Below are positions 1-10,718 of a stretch of DNA of 64,000 nt, one piece after another. The stretch comes from an uncultured Chloroflexia bacterium. Lineage in GTDB: Bacteria; Chloroflexota; Limnocylindria; Limnocylindrales; CSP1-4. Within the stretch, counting starts at the first letter, position 1; the number at the start of each line of letters is the position of its first letter. A model generated the notes under the pieces. That model searched no databases and was not told the origin of the DNA. It saw nothing but the letters and a program-made list of their open reading frames with translations. The stretch covers positions 64,001 through 128,000 of the forward strand of contig CAVVYR010000007.1 of assembly GCA_963752475.1 (NCBI GenBank), in the 5' to 3' direction. A program made the translations under genes and the position numbers.

Positions 1-266
1 AATGTCGCGACCTGCAGGGCGTGGGAGTGCGTCACCGCCAGCGGCTCGACACTCGTGCGCTGCATCCTGGACGGGACATACGTCGCCGGTGGCTCCGGGA
101 GCGACAGACGGCCGACAGCCCACTTGATGGCGATCTCCCACGACGTCGCCGCGGACAGCAGCAGCGTGGTCCGGTTCGCTGCAAGCTCGGCCAACAGGTC
201 TGGGCGGATCCGGTCGGGGTCACCCAGCATCCACAGCCAGACACGCGTATCGAGCAGGTACCTCAA
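1..266 (-). CDS. vapC: VapC/PIN-domain toxin (3' end runs off window)
   Basis: Manual translation from TTG at 266: MRYLLDTRVWLWMLGDPDRI...LLSAATSWEIAIKWAVGRL, a typical PIN N-terminus; start overlaps the antitoxin stop (TTGA). Not in the ORF track. Confidence 0.88.
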   Translation of the reverse strand, partial: MRYLLDTRVWLWMLGDPDRIRPDLLAELAANRTTLLLSAATSWEIAIKWAVGRLSLPEPPATYVPSRMQRTSVEPLAVTHSHALQVAT

Positions 267-493
267 CGCTCGAAGTCTTCCATCAGCTCGGAGGGCAACG
301 GATCGTCGAAGTCCTCCGGGATGGTGAGGAGTCCTGCGTCGAACCCAAGCTCGCGGGACTGGTTCGGTTCGAACGGCACGAGCCGAGCCGTCGGCCGACC
401 ACCGCTCGTGATGATGATCTGCTCGCCAGCCGCTACGCGACGAAGAAGGCGTGAGAGATGCGTCTTCGCTTCATGTACTCCGACCTCGGCCAT
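263..493 (-). CDS. Phd/YefM-family antitoxin
   Basis: 76 aa, VGVHEAKTHLSRLLRRVAAGEQIIITSGGRPTARLVP Phd signature; directly upstream of the PIN toxin. Confidence 0.92.
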   Translation of the reverse strand: MAEVGVHEAKTHLSRLLRRVAAGEQIIITSGGRPTARLVPFEPNQSRELGFDAGLLTIPEDFDDPLPSELMEDFER

Positions 494-516
494 GGCGTCA
501 TCGTCGCACGTCGATC

Positions 517-539
517 TGACTTAGTCAACGACTTAGTCA
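517..539. promoter_or_regulatory. Tandem palindromic operator (GACTTAGTC x2) of TA module 1
   Basis: TGACTTAGTCA at 517-527 and GACTTAGTCA at 530-539, 12 bp apart, just upstream of the antitoxin start. Confidence 0.7.
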
Positions 540-648
540 TATTGCTAGCCACCCGCGACGCGTTGACGCGGGAGCCTTGTACCATCGCGGTCAGCCACGC
601 CCCACACTCCAGGCAGTCCCAGCACCCGATCCGAGGGGAGGATCAACC

Positions 649-3277
649 GTGCCACGCCGAACCATCGCCGACGCCGCGTTCGAGATCTTGGGCGAGCTTC
701 GCACAGCGACATCCGCGGAGATGGCCGAGCCGATCGCCGCGGAGGGCCTGACACGGGCCAAGTCACCGACTCGAGCCGTCTCGGCAGCCCTGAACGAGGA
801 TGCCCGCTTCCTTCGGATCGATGACCAACGCTGGGTCGCGCCGACACAGCTTCTGGCGGACGCTTCGTTCACCCACCGGGCCACGCGCCAGGAGCTGGCC
901 GGCGACATCCTCGCCCTCGAGCCTGACTTGGCGCCCCTGGAGTCCGTGGGGCTGGCTCGACTCCATACGCCGGACGGGACCGCGCTCATGCCAGTGTGGG
1001 GCGACGACGCGCGCTCGCTGACCGGCACCGACACTGATCTCGCCGTGCAGGGACCACCCGGGTGGCTCTCCGGGATCGACGCAGCCGACGATGAGATGCC
1101 CCTGCTGCATGCTCGCATCGAAGACGATGCACTCTCCGTGGCGCCCGGTCCCGAGCCGGCGACGACCGCACGCATGGGTGGGCGCCGCCTCATCGAGGGA
1201 CTTCGCCGGCAGGTCGACGAGCGATCGCGCGTGACCTTCTTCGACTTGCCACCCTCCGTCGACGCGGGCCGGGCCATCCTGGCGCTCCTCGTCGACGACC
1301 CAGGGCTGCTGCGAGAGCCGCTGGCGCCGCTCTCGAGTCTGCTCGAGGATTCGGGCCTGGAGTCCCACCGGAACTGGATCGGCTACGCGGGCGCCGACTG
1401 GAGCGCGCACGACGAGTACTTCGGTGATGACGACGACTGGATCCTCGAGGAGCCGGATCCCGATCGGGACGGGGACGAGGGCTACGAGCTCGATGAGCGA
1501 GGAGGACCGCGCCATCCTCGAGTCCGACGACGAGGCTGTCCTGACCGAGTACCTCGCGGAACGGTTCGGGCTGTCCGAGGACACTGTCGAGGGGCTCAAA
1601 GCGGTCATGGGCGCATACGAGATGGCGCGTCGGGGCCGAGGCCTCGATGACCCCGAGTCATTGGCCTTTGTCGGCGAGGTCATGTCCGACCCCGGCGTCG
1701 CGCTCCTCCTCGCCGGCACGGCAGCACGAGATGCCGAGTTCGAGCCCTTCGTGTCCGACATCGAGACGCATTCGCGGGGGACGTCGGCTGCCGGCCCTCG
1801 CTTCCTCCTCGCTGTCTGCGCCGAGGCCCGCGACGACCTCCTCGAAGCCGAGCGCCGACTGCGGGCCGCGATCGAGGCCGACCCCGGCTTCGGACCTGCG
1901 GCAGCCGAACTGGCGCGTTTCGAACTCGACCGCGGCCGATACCGCGAGGCCGCCAGGCTGGTGCGCGCAGCCGGTGCTCCTGACGACGACCCCGAGCTCG
2001 TCTGGCTCGAAGGCGTCGTCCAGACTGCACCAGCGAAGGTCGGCCGCAACCAACCCTGCCCCTGTGGCTCCGGACGCAAGTACAAGACCTGCCACCTGGG
2101 CCGCGAAGAGGTCGGAGCGGTCGATGTGGCCGGGGCGCTCCTGCGCAAGATCTGGCGTTGGCTCGACGGCCCCTCGGGCCGGCGCCTGGCCCAGGACCTG
2201 TTCCGCGAAGCCCATCCCGAGCGAGACCCCACCCGTGATGAGGACGACGACGAGCGCCTCCTGCTCGAGGGCCAGTTCATCGATGACGTGCTGCTCTTCG
2301 ACCGGGACCAGCTGGAGCGCTTCATCGACCTGCACGACGGTATCGTCCCGCCGGGCGAGCTCGACCTCGCGAGGAGCTGGGCCGATACGCGCCGCTCTCT
2401 CTACGAGGTGCGCTCGGTGCGACCGGGCCGGGTCCTGGTGCACGACCTCCTGGCCGACGGACCGGACATCGAGCTGGCCGACCGGGCCCTCTCCACGACG
2501 GTCGAGCGGCTCGACGTGCTCTGCCTACGGCTGGTGCCCGATGGAAGCGGCGGGCTGACACCGACGACAGCCATGCACGTTCCCCGACCTCAGCGCGACC
2601 GCGTGGCTGAGGTCCTCGGTTCCGGCGACCCACTGGAACTGTTGCGCTGGATCCTGGAGCCGGTCGTCCTGCCCAAGCTGGTGAACGCCGAGGGCGAGCC
2701 ACTGCAGCTCATCGAGGCCTCGTACCGGCTGCCCGATCCGGCTGCCGCCGAGGAGACACTCGCCGCGGAGCTCGAGCGAGACGGCGAGGGCCGGTTCGTC
2801 GACCTCGTCGAGATCGAGGGCCGGGACGTCATCCGTGGCTTCATCCGCATCGAGGGCGATGAGGCCCATATCGAGACGAACTCAGCCCAGCGGCTGGACC
2901 GCATCGAGCGGCTGCTCGAGGACGCGGCACCCGGCGTCCGCCTCATCCGTCGCACCGAACGTGGCATCGAAGAGGCCATCGCCGGCCTTGAGGATGCTGA
3001 GGATGGGGTGGCATCGTCTGGCTTCGAGCCGGACGTGCCACTGGCCGATCCCGCGGGCGAAGCCGTCCTGGAGCAGTTCATCCGAGATCACGAGCGCAGG
3101 TGGGTGGATGAGTCCATCCCCGCCCTCGATGGCATGACGCCTCGCCAGGCTCGTGACGACGCCGCGATGCGGCCACGACTCGACTCTCTGCTCGATGACA
3201 TGGAGTGGCAATCGCGCCGGTCGCCCGCCGGCACCATGGACGCTGCACGGGTCCGGGCCCTGCTCGGCCTGGACTGA
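649..3277 (+). CDS. SEC-C motif / TPR-like multidomain protein with N-terminal winged-helix; apparent frameshift near 1497
   Basis: GTG at 649 after GGAGG; frame changes at ...GAT GAG C GAG GAG GAC; downstream part has KVGRNQPCPCGSGRKYKTCH (SEC-C) and C-terminal WVDESIPALDGMTPRQA. Confidence 0.75.
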
Positions 3278-3357
3278 ACCAGTGGCGACGTTTGCGGGAT
3301 ATCGAAGTGCGTTACAGCATGTAGAAATCGCGTTCGATATATGAGAAACTTTGCACC

Positions 3358-4113
3358 ATGGGGAACAACGACCGTGCTACTGCGCCTGCCGTCGTCCGGG
3401 CCGTCCGGATCCTGGCCTACCTGGCCGAGCATTCGACCGCCCAGCGCCTGACGGCTATCGCCGGCGCCATCGCCATCCCCGTCTCCTCCACCGCGGCCAT
3501 CTGCAACGCCCTCGAGGCCGAGCGCATGATCGTCCGCCGCAACGAGGGCTACGTCCTGGGCCCGCTCAACGTGGAGCTCGCGCAGCGCTTCCTGAGCCAG
3601 CTGCAGCCGCTCAGCGCCTTCGGTGACGTCGTGGCCGACCACACGACCCTGCGCCACGAAACCGTGCAGATGGCGCTCCTCGACGGTTTCGACATGCTGT
3701 ACGTCGCCCGACATGACTCCGACCAACCGTTCCTCATCAGCAGTGCCGTGGGCAAGCGTCTGCCGGTCAACTGCACTGCGGTGGGCAAGGCCAGCCTCGC
3801 GGTCCTCGATCCCGACCAGCGCAAGCTGCCCAAGACGCTGCCAGCGCTGACCGACAAGTCCATCGATGATCCCAAGGCCCTCATGGCCGCCGTCGAGGAA
3901 GCGGCCGAGCGCGGCTATGCCGTCGATGACGAGGAGACCTCGCCGGGCGTGATGTGCTTCGGCGTCGCTCGCAAGACCCCGCGCAACGAGGTCTACGGCA
4001 TCTCCGCCACCTTCCTCAAGTCGCGCGTCACGCCCCAACTGCGAGACGCCATCGTGGCCGACCTGACCTCGACCGCGGATGCCCTCTTCCCGCCCGAGCT
4101 GCGCCCCGCCTGA
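3358..4113 (+). CDS. IclR-family transcriptional regulator
   Basis: APAVVRAVRILAYLA HTH; GKRLPVNCTAVGKA and RGYAVDDEETSPGVMC IclR effector motifs. Confidence 0.95.
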   Translation: MGNNDRATAPAVVRAVRILAYLAEHSTAQRLTAIAGAIAIPVSSTAAICNALEAERMIVRRNEGYVLGPLNVELAQRFLSQLQPLSAFGDVVADHTTLRHETVQMALLDGFDMLYVARHDSDQPFLISSAVGKRLPVNCTAVGKASLAVLDPDQRKLPKTLPALTDKSIDDPKALMAAVEEAAERGYAVDDEETSPGVMCFGVARKTPRNEVYGISATFLKSRVTPQLRDAIVADLTSTADALFPPELRPA

Positions 4114-4115
4114 GC

Positions 4116-4533
4116 GTGGTCAAGACCGTCGCCGCCTCTCTGGGCATGGAGCCCGGTTCGCTCGCCACCGACGTGGTCGTGCGACACCATCATTTCGGCG
4201 TCGACGAGGCCCCTCCGCAATACGACAGCCGAGATGACCATCCCGACCCGTACGACTACATCCTTGCTGGCTCTGGCAGCCTGCACAGCGATCTCGATTC
4301 GCCTATCAGCCGAGTCCAAGCGCTATCCGCTCGAACGAGTCGACGTGGAGGTCACGTTCGAACGTTGCCAGCCCGTGGAGCCCGGCGGCCAGCCGGACCG
4401 CATCGTACGAGTGATCACCCTGCATGGCGAACGGCTGACCAAGCTGGAGAGGCTCAAACTCATGCGCGCGGGCAACTGTGCGGGCTACAAGTCCATCACC
4501 ACGGGCATCCCAGTGGAGACCCTGGGCGGCTAG
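4116..4533 (+). CDS. OsmC/Ohr-family protein, frameshifted near 4270
   Basis: VDEAPP...PDPYDYILA in one frame continues as LAACTAISIRL...YPLERVDVEV...IVRVITLHG...NCAGYKSI in another; two Cys as in OsmC. Confidence 0.7.
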
Positions 4534-4586
4534 CGACCCAACCAGCCGCCATCAACGGTGATCGATCGAGGCGTCCGCCCGGGCGC

Positions 4587-5180
4587 TCAGACGCCGGAGC
4601 GCACGTCGGCCAGCCGGGCGGCGGTGAACTCGATGTCCTCGAACCGGGCCTCACAGCCGTCGCCGGCCGGGGACTGGGCCAGGAACCCGACCTCTACCGG
4701 ATCCTCGGTCCCAAGGCCGAAGTAACGCACCATCTCCCAGCGCTCGCCGTCCGCCGACCAGTGGAAGGCGAACGCGCGGCCCAGCCGTGAGATCCGCAGC
4801 CACGTAGCGGTGGCATCCACGTACACCGAGTTGCAGTCATCGGACACCCCGCGGGTGACGACCGAGACCACCATCACGCGGCCATCGGGCGCCAGCTCCA
4901 GGCAGAGCTTGGCCCAGGTCGTGTCGTCCGCGTAGACCACCAGCACGGCCGCGTCGAACGTGGCGCGATGGTCGGCGCTGGCCCGGGCTGACAGCATCCA
5001 GTCACCGGATACCGGCATCACCAAGGCCGGCGCGCCGCGGACATCGGCATCACCCCCTGGGTCGATGAACCAGTCCATCCGGGCATCGGCACGCAGGTGC
5101 AGTCGGCCATCCCGGACCTCACGTCCGTCGGCCTCATTGATGGGGCGGAGCGGTGCGGGCAGCGCCGGCATCTCGATCAT
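4587..5180 (-). CDS. DUF1349 (concanavalin-like) protein
   Basis: FDAAVLVVYADDTTWAKLCLE, SVVTRGVSDDCN, WLRISRLG, VGFLAQSPAGDG. Confidence 0.85.
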   Translation of the reverse strand: MIEMPALPAPLRPINEADGREVRDGRLHLRADARMDWFIDPGGDADVRGAPALVMPVSGDWMLSARASADHRATFDAAVLVVYADDTTWAKLCLELAPDGRVMVVSVVTRGVSDDCNSVYVDATATWLRISRLGRAFAFHWSADGERWEMVRYFGLGTEDPVEVGFLAQSPAGDGCEARFEDIEFTAARLADVRSGV

Positions 5181-5185
5181 CGAGC

Positions 5186-5947
5186 TCAGGCCTCGCGGAT
5201 GTGGTTCTCGAGGCGACCGGTGTTGGCGCTCGGGGCGAGGAAATGGTTGTCATGGATGTGTTGCCACTCCGGCAGCAGGCCGGCCTTGCCTTCGGCCGTG
5301 GGCTCGTGGCTATAGCACGAGTTCTCACGGATGACGACCGGCGTGCGTGCGTCGGGGGGACAGCGGAACCCGTGCAGGTGCTTGCGGGGCATCAGGAACT
5401 TGGGGTCACCCGGCCGCAGGCGCTGGTAGGAGGTGAGCTGCTTCCATGCATCCTCACGACCGGCGGCGAAGACGATGTCGTCCGGCACCGGGTCGCCCTT
5501 GGGCATGGGCGTGCGCCCGATGACCTCATCACCGACCACGCCGAGCTCGGGGAAGTCGATGATCTCGGGTGCGTAGAAGAGGTCCATCTCGCCCAGCACG
5601 ACCTCGTAGTACTCGGTCTTGCGCCAGTGGAAGTGGGCACTACAGAACTTGCCCGGATGGACGATCATGATCTTGTCGCAGAGCCCGCCGAACTCGGCCC
5701 ACTGCATTGCGTCGGGCGGGAGGCCGTCGATGGTGGGCTCGTTCATGGACTCGAAGATGGCGAAGAGCTCGTACGGCTCGCCGGACCACAGCCCGTTCTC
5801 GAAGGCCTGGTACTGGTCGTCACCGAGGATGAGCCCGGTGCTGTCGTTGATCATCGAGTCCTGGATGGGATAGCCGCAGGCGATGGCCAGCGAGGCCGCC
5901 TCCCGGATCCAGTCGTCGTACTCGCGTCGTGTGACGTGGTCGCGCAT
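5186..5947 (-). CDS. Cupin sugar isomerase, D-lyxose isomerase-like
   Basis: ATG at 5947 after GGAGGGAG; CDKIMIVHPGKFCSAHFHWRKTEYY (HxHxxKxE) and PRKHLHGF metal motifs; follows the ABC permeases. Confidence 0.72.
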   Translation of the reverse strand: MRDHVTRREYDDWIREAASLAIACGYPIQDSMINDSTGLILGDDQYQAFENGLWSGEPYELFAIFESMNEPTIDGLPPDAMQWAEFGGLCDKIMIVHPGKFCSAHFHWRKTEYYEVVLGEMDLFYAPEIIDFPELGVVGDEVIGRTPMPKGDPVPDDIVFAAGREDAWKQLTSYQRLRPGDPKFLMPRKHLHGFRCPPDARTPVVIRENSCYSHEPTAEGKAGLLPEWQHIHDNHFLAPSANTGRLENHIREA

Positions 5948-5982
5948 GTCGTCTCTCCCTCCTGGCCCCTCGTGGGTGCCGG

Positions 5983-6978
5983 CTATGTCAAGAGGCTGCC
6001 CATGTAGCGGCGGCGCAGCGCGTCGAGACCGAGCGCGATCACGATGATCGAGCCGACGGCCACGTACTGCCAATAAGCCCCCACGTTGTACATGTTCAGC
6101 GCGTTGCTGATGAGCGTGAAGAAGAGTGCCCCGGTGAACGTACCGAGGAGGGTGCCGCTGCCACCGCGGAGGCTGGTACCGCCGACCACGGCGGCCGCGA
6201 TGACGCGGAGCTCGTAGCCCTGGGCCATGATCGCGTTGGCCGACGAGAGATAGCCCGTGAGCACGATGGCGGCGATGCCGATGCAGATCCCGAGCAGTGC
6301 GAACGCGAAGATGCGCACGCGGTCCACCCGCAGGCCGCCGACGTATCCGGCCGTCTCGTTGCTGCCTACCGCGCGGATGTTGCGGCCGTAGGTCGTGCGC
6401 GTCATCACCAGGTGCAGGCCGATGTACGTCAGCACCATGAGGATGAACGGGATAGGCAGCTCCAGGATGTCGCCGGTGCCCAGTTGGCGGAAGGTCTTGT
6501 CGCTGACGCCGACGACCTGGCCGCTCGTGATGATGAAGGCGACGGCCAGGTAGATGTTCATCATGCCCAGCGTCGCGATGAAGGCGGGGATCTTGAGCTT
6601 GGTCACGACGATGCCGTTGACCACGCCGAGCAGGCCCCCGAGTGCGAGCGAGACCATGATGGCGCCCACCAGGCCCACGTCGGGCAGCAGGAGTGCGATG
6701 ACCACGCCGCAAAGCCCCAGCATGCCCGCCACCGACAGGTCGAAGGCGCCGTTGATGATGACGATGGTCATGCCCGCCGCGCCGATGCCGATGAACGAGG
6801 CCTGCAGCAGCACCGAGAGAATGTTGTTGACCGAGCGGGCGTTCTCGTTGGTGGCGAAGATGACGACGACCGCCACGAGCAGCAGGTACTGGATGGTGTA
6901 GCGCGCGAGGCTGCGCTTGAACCAGGCCACCGCGGGGGTGCCGGTCGTGCCGGAGGCGGGAGGGGCAGCCGCGCTCAC
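5983..6978 (-). CDS. Sugar ABC transporter permease (RbsC family)
   Basis: FDLSVAG, IPAFIATLG, YELRVIAAAVVGGTSLRGGSG. Confidence 0.95.
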   Translation of the reverse strand: MSAAAPPASGTTGTPAVAWFKRSLARYTIQYLLLVAVVVIFATNENARSVNNILSVLLQASFIGIGAAGMTIVIINGAFDLSVAGMLGLCGVVIALLLPDVGLVGAIMVSLALGGLLGVVNGIVVTKLKIPAFIATLGMMNIYLAVAFIITSGQVVGVSDKTFRQLGTGDILELPIPFILMVLTYIGLHLVMTRTTYGRNIRAVGSNETAGYVGGLRVDRVRIFAFALLGICIGIAAIVLTGYLSSANAIMAQGYELRVIAAAVVGGTSLRGGSGTLLGTFTGALFFTLISNALNMYNVGAYWQYVAVGSIIVIALGLDALRRRYMGSLLT

Positions 6979-7997
6979 AGCCGGCCCTCCGTCACCGCCC
7001 GCTTGATGAGCTGTCTGCGCAACGTGTCCAACGCGAGCGCACCGATCAACAGCAGGCCCAGGGCTAGGTACTGGTAGAACGGCTCAACCTTGAGGATGTT
7101 GAGGGCGCTGTTGATGACGCTGATGAGCACGGCCGCGAGAAGTGTGCCGAACATGTTGGCGTTGCCGCCCATGAGGCTCGTGCCGCCGAGGACGACGATG
7201 GCGATGGCCTGCAGCTCCAGGCCCACGCCGAGGGTGCCGTCGACGATCATCAGCTGCGAGGTCAGCATCACGCCCGAGAGCGCCGCGGTGGCGCCAACGA
7301 TGACGAAGACGAGGACCTTGACGCGGTCGATGTGCAGGCCGGTGGCCTGCGCCGCCTTCTCATTGCCGCCGATGGCGCAGATGTGCTGGCCGAAGGCCGT
7401 GTGGCGCATGACCAACCAGAGGGCGGCGAACAGCCCCAGGGCGATGAGCACCGGGATGGGCACGCCCAGGACCTCGCCTGAGTTGAGCCGGGCGAAGTCG
7501 GGCTGGTCCATGAGCAGGATCGACTGGCCGTCCGTGATGAGCAGGGCCGCACCTCGGAGCACGCTCATGCCACCGAGCGTGGCCACGAAGGCCGGCACGC
7601 CCAGGCGCGTGACGATGAGGCCGTTGGCCAGGCCCACCGCCGCGCCCAGCAGGACGGTGGCACCGATGCTCAACGGGATGCCCACAGTGCCCAGGAGGAT
7701 GGCCACGGTGCACGCGGCCAGCGCCTGCAGCGAGCCGATCGAGAGGTCCAGCGCACCCATGGCCAGGGCCAGGGTCATGCCCAGTGCCGGCACGGCTGCG
7801 ATGGCGGCGGTGACGAGCAGGCTCGAGACGTTGTGCGGGCTGAGGAAAGCGGGTGTGGCCGAGGTGACGAGGGCGACGACCACGACGATCATGATCAGCA
7901 CACCGAGGTTCTCGAAGAGCTCGAAGAACCGCAACGCGCGGTCGATCCCGCGGCTGCCGGCCTCGGCCTTGGCCGCGCCCGAGGTGTCCGCGGTCAT
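6975..7997 (-). CDS. Sugar ABC transporter permease (RbsC family)
   Basis: Start MTADTSG at 7997; LDLSIGS, VPAFVATLG, LELQAIAIVVLGGTSLMGG. Confidence 0.95.
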   Translation of the reverse strand: MTADTSGAAKAEAGSRGIDRALRFFELFENLGVLIMIVVVVALVTSATPAFLSPHNVSSLLVTAAIAAVPALGMTLALAMGALDLSIGSLQALAACTVAILLGTVGIPLSIGATVLLGAAVGLANGLIVTRLGVPAFVATLGGMSVLRGAALLITDGQSILLMDQPDFARLNSGEVLGVPIPVLIALGLFAALWLVMRHTAFGQHICAIGGNEKAAQATGLHIDRVKVLVFVIVGATAALSGVMLTSQLMIVDGTLGVGLELQAIAIVVLGGTSLMGGNANMFGTLLAAVLISVINSALNILKVEPFYQYLALGLLLIGALALDTLRRQLIKRAVTEGRL

Positions 7998-9514
7998 GCC
8001 TCCACCCCGATCGTGGCGTGGGCCACGGCGCAGGCCAGGATGTTGTCCTCGTTCAGGCTGGAGCCCTCCAGCAGGCCCGTGACCTGCCCAGCCGAGAGCA
8101 CGAGGCAGCGATCGCTGACCTTGTCCAGCTCGGGTACGTCGGATGAGCTCACGATGACCGCGTGTCCTTCGCGGGCAAGGTCGCGGATCAGCTCGTGGAT
8201 CTCGACCTTGGTGCCGACGTCCACGCCGCGCGTTGGCTCGTTGAGCAACAGGATGCGGGCATCGCTCACGAGCGCGCGACCCAACAGCACCTTCTGCTGG
8301 TTGCCGCCGCTCAGTGTCGAGACCAGCTGCGTGGGGGAGTGGGCCCGGACCGCGAAGAGCTCCTGCACGCGGGTCCAGGCGTCGCGTTCCTCCCTGCTGT
8401 CGAGCAGTTGCCGACGCCACGACGAGGCCTCCGTGCGCGGGCGTGCCACGACCAGGTTCTCGAGCACGTCGAGGTCGGGGAAGATGCCTTCGGTCTTGCG
8501 GTCCTCGGGGAGCATGAAGATACCCTCGCGCAGCGCCGCGTTGGGGCCATCGAGCGTGACCGGTCGGCCATCCAGACGCACCTCACCGGCGTTGCGGCCG
8601 AGCAGGCCGAAGAGCGCACGCATCAGCTCCGACCGTCCCGAGCCGACGAGGCCGGCGACACCGAGGACCTCGCCGTAGTGGGCCTCGAAGGAGACCGGTC
8701 CCAGGCCACCTCGTGCGCGGAGTCCGGTGACTGAGAGTGCTGCCTGCGTATCGGTCGCGACCGACTTGTGCACTTCGTGGTGCTCCAGCTCGCGGCCCAG
8801 CATCATGGTGATGATGTCGGTCTCTTTGAGCTCGTCGACCCTTCTCGTGTCCACCCGTCGTCCGTCCCGCAGCACCGTCACCCGGTCCGCGATGCGGAAG
8901 ATCTCGCTGAGACGGTGCGACACGTAGAGCACGGCCACGCCGCGCCCGCGCAACTCAGCCACGATGTCGAACAGGCGGTCCACCTCCGCGCTGTTGAGTG
9001 CCGCCGTGGGCTCGTCCATGATCATGACGCTGAAGTCCTGGGACAGGGCCTTGGCGACCTCGACGAGCTGCTTGTCGGCCACACCGAGGTACTCGACGCG
9101 GAGTTCCGGCTTGGTCTCGAGACCGAGCTCGCCCAGCAGCTCCTTAGCCCGGCGGTTGACCAGCGGCCAGTCGATGAGCCCGCTCCGCCGGCGGGGCTCT
9201 CGCCCGAGGAAGATGTTGGCCGCGATCGACAGCTGTGGGATGAGGTTGAACTCCTGGTTGATGACGCTGATCCCCGCCTGCTGTGATTGGAGCGGGTCAC
9301 CGAATGCGACCGTCTCGCCGCGAACCTCGATGGCACCCGACGTGGGCTGGTGCTGGCCGCCGAGGACCTTGATGAGCGTGGACTTGCCGGCGCCGTTCTC
9401 ACCCACGAGCGCATGGACCTCACCCGGCAACAGCTCGAGGTCGACGTCGTCGAGCGCGAGCACGCCGGGGAAGCGTTTGGTGATGGCCTGGGCGGTGAGG
9501 ATGGGGTCTGGCAC
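7994..9514 (-). CDS. Sugar ABC transporter ATP-binding protein (RbsA family, two NBDs)
   Basis: GENGAGKST Walker A, MDEPT, LSGGNQQK, NEPTRGVDVG; likely GTG start at 9514. Confidence 0.95.
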   Translation of the reverse strand: MPDPILTAQAITKRFPGVLALDDVDLELLPGEVHALVGENGAGKSTLIKVLGGQHQPTSGAIEVRGETVAFGDPLQSQQAGISVINQEFNLIPQLSIAANIFLGREPRRRSGLIDWPLVNRRAKELLGELGLETKPELRVEYLGVADKQLVEVAKALSQDFSVMIMDEPTAALNSAEVDRLFDIVAELRGRGVAVLYVSHRLSEIFRIADRVTVLRDGRRVDTRRVDELKETDIITMMLGRELEHHEVHKSVATDTQAALSVTGLRARGGLGPVSFEAHYGEVLGVAGLVGSGRSELMRALFGLLGRNAGEVRLDGRPVTLDGPNAALREGIFMLPEDRKTEGIFPDLDVLENLVVARPRTEASSWRRQLLDSREERDAWTRVQELFAVRAHSPTQLVSTLSGGNQQKVLLGRALVSDARILLLNEPTRGVDVGTKVEIHELIRDLAREGHAVIVSSSDVPELDKVSDRCLVLSAGQVTGLLEGSSLNEDNILACAVAHATIGVEA

Positions 9515-9617
9515 GGTCCGTTCGGTCGCAGGTGAGAAGCGAGGAAGCGTGGATGTGTTCGAGCCGGGCCCGAGTGCCCGCGGAGCGGACAAGGAAGAGG
9601 TGGGCCCGGCTCGAGAG

Positions 9618-9647
9618 CCGGCTCCCTCGGATGGCCGAGAGAGCCGG
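9618..9647. terminator. GC-rich hairpin between the SBP and ATPase genes
   Basis: CCGGCTC CCTCGG ATGG CCGAGA GAGCCGG inverted repeat just downstream of the SBP stop. Confidence 0.5.
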
Positions 9648-9660
9648 GTCACCGAGTGGC

Positions 9661-10653
9661 TTACTCGGCAGACATGTACATGTCGACGTTCTCGGCCGTC
9701 ACGACCTCCACCGGGAAGAACAGTGAGCGGGTCTCGGGATCGTCATAGGTCAGCTCCCCACCGTCGAGCAGGGTCAGCGCGGCCTCGACCGCGGCCTTGC
9801 CCTGGCCGTAGGGATCCTGGCGGATGGTGGCCGCCATCTCACCGGCAGCGATGAGCTCGAGCGCCGGAGCGTCGCCGTTGAAGCCGACGAGCAACACGTC
9901 CTCGACACCGCTCAGGCCAGCCTGCTTGAGGGCCTGGTTGGCGCCGATGGCCTCCGGGTCGTTGGTGGCGTAGATGCCGACCAGCTCGGGGTTCGCCGCG
10001 AGCGTGTCGCGCGTCACTTCGAAGCCACCCTCGACGGTGTCGTTGCCGTTGAGCTCGGCCACGATGGTGAAGTCGTCGTAGTTGGCCATCTCGTCGCGGA
10101 AGCCCGCGGCGCGGACCTCACCGACCGCCGAGCCCGGATGCAGCAGGATCGAGAGGACTTCCTTCTCGCCCTCGATGTCAGCGAGCTGCTCGGCCATGTA
10201 CTGGGCCGCGAGCACGCCGCCCTCGTAGTTGTCCGACAGCACGAAGCCGTCGTAGTCACCCTCTGCCCCGACGTCGCCGATGAGGACGGGGATCTTGGCC
10301 TCGTGCGCGGCGTCGATGGGTGCCGGCAGAGCGGCCGGCTGGACCGGTGAGATGACCAGCGCGCTGATGCCCTGGTTGATGAGGTCGAGGCTGCCCGAGA
10401 CCTGGGTCTCCTGGCTGCTCTTCTGGTCGCTCAGCAGGAATTCGGCGCCGGCGGCCTCAGCGGCCTCCTCCACGCCGCGCGCGTACTCCTGCCAATACGG
10501 CTGCTGCATGTCGTAGACCGAGTAGCCGATCTTGAGCGGATCCTTCTTCTCGAAGGCCATATCGTCCTGGGCCACGACGGCTCCAGCGCCGAACACCAGG
10601 CAAGCGGCAGTGGCGATGCCGACTGCGCGGATAGCGGTTCGCATGGTAGTCAA
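9661..10653 (-). CDS. Sugar ABC transporter substrate-binding protein (RbsB-like)
   Basis: Signal peptide ending AVVA-QDD; SDNYEGGVLAAQY, YATNDPEAIGA, ATIRQDPYGQG. Confidence 0.93.
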   Translation of the reverse strand: MTTMRTAIRAVGIATAACLVFGAGAVVAQDDMAFEKKDPLKIGYSVYDMQQPYWQEYARGVEEAAEAAGAEFLLSDQKSSQETQVSGSLDLINQGISALVISPVQPAALPAPIDAAHEAKIPVLIGDVGAEGDYDGFVLSDNYEGGVLAAQYMAEQLADIEGEKEVLSILLHPGSAVGEVRAAGFRDEMANYDDFTIVAELNGNDTVEGGFEVTRDTLAANPELVGIYATNDPEAIGANQALKQAGLSGVEDVLLVGFNGDAPALELIAAGEMAATIRQDPYGQGKAAVEAALTLLDGGELTYDDPETRSLFFPVEVVTAENVDMYMSAE

Positions 10654-10718
10654 CCCTCCTTGATCGCCGGCCGTTCGTAGACTCCTCGCACGGCCGGTTC
10701 CTCCTGTGATTGAGATGC

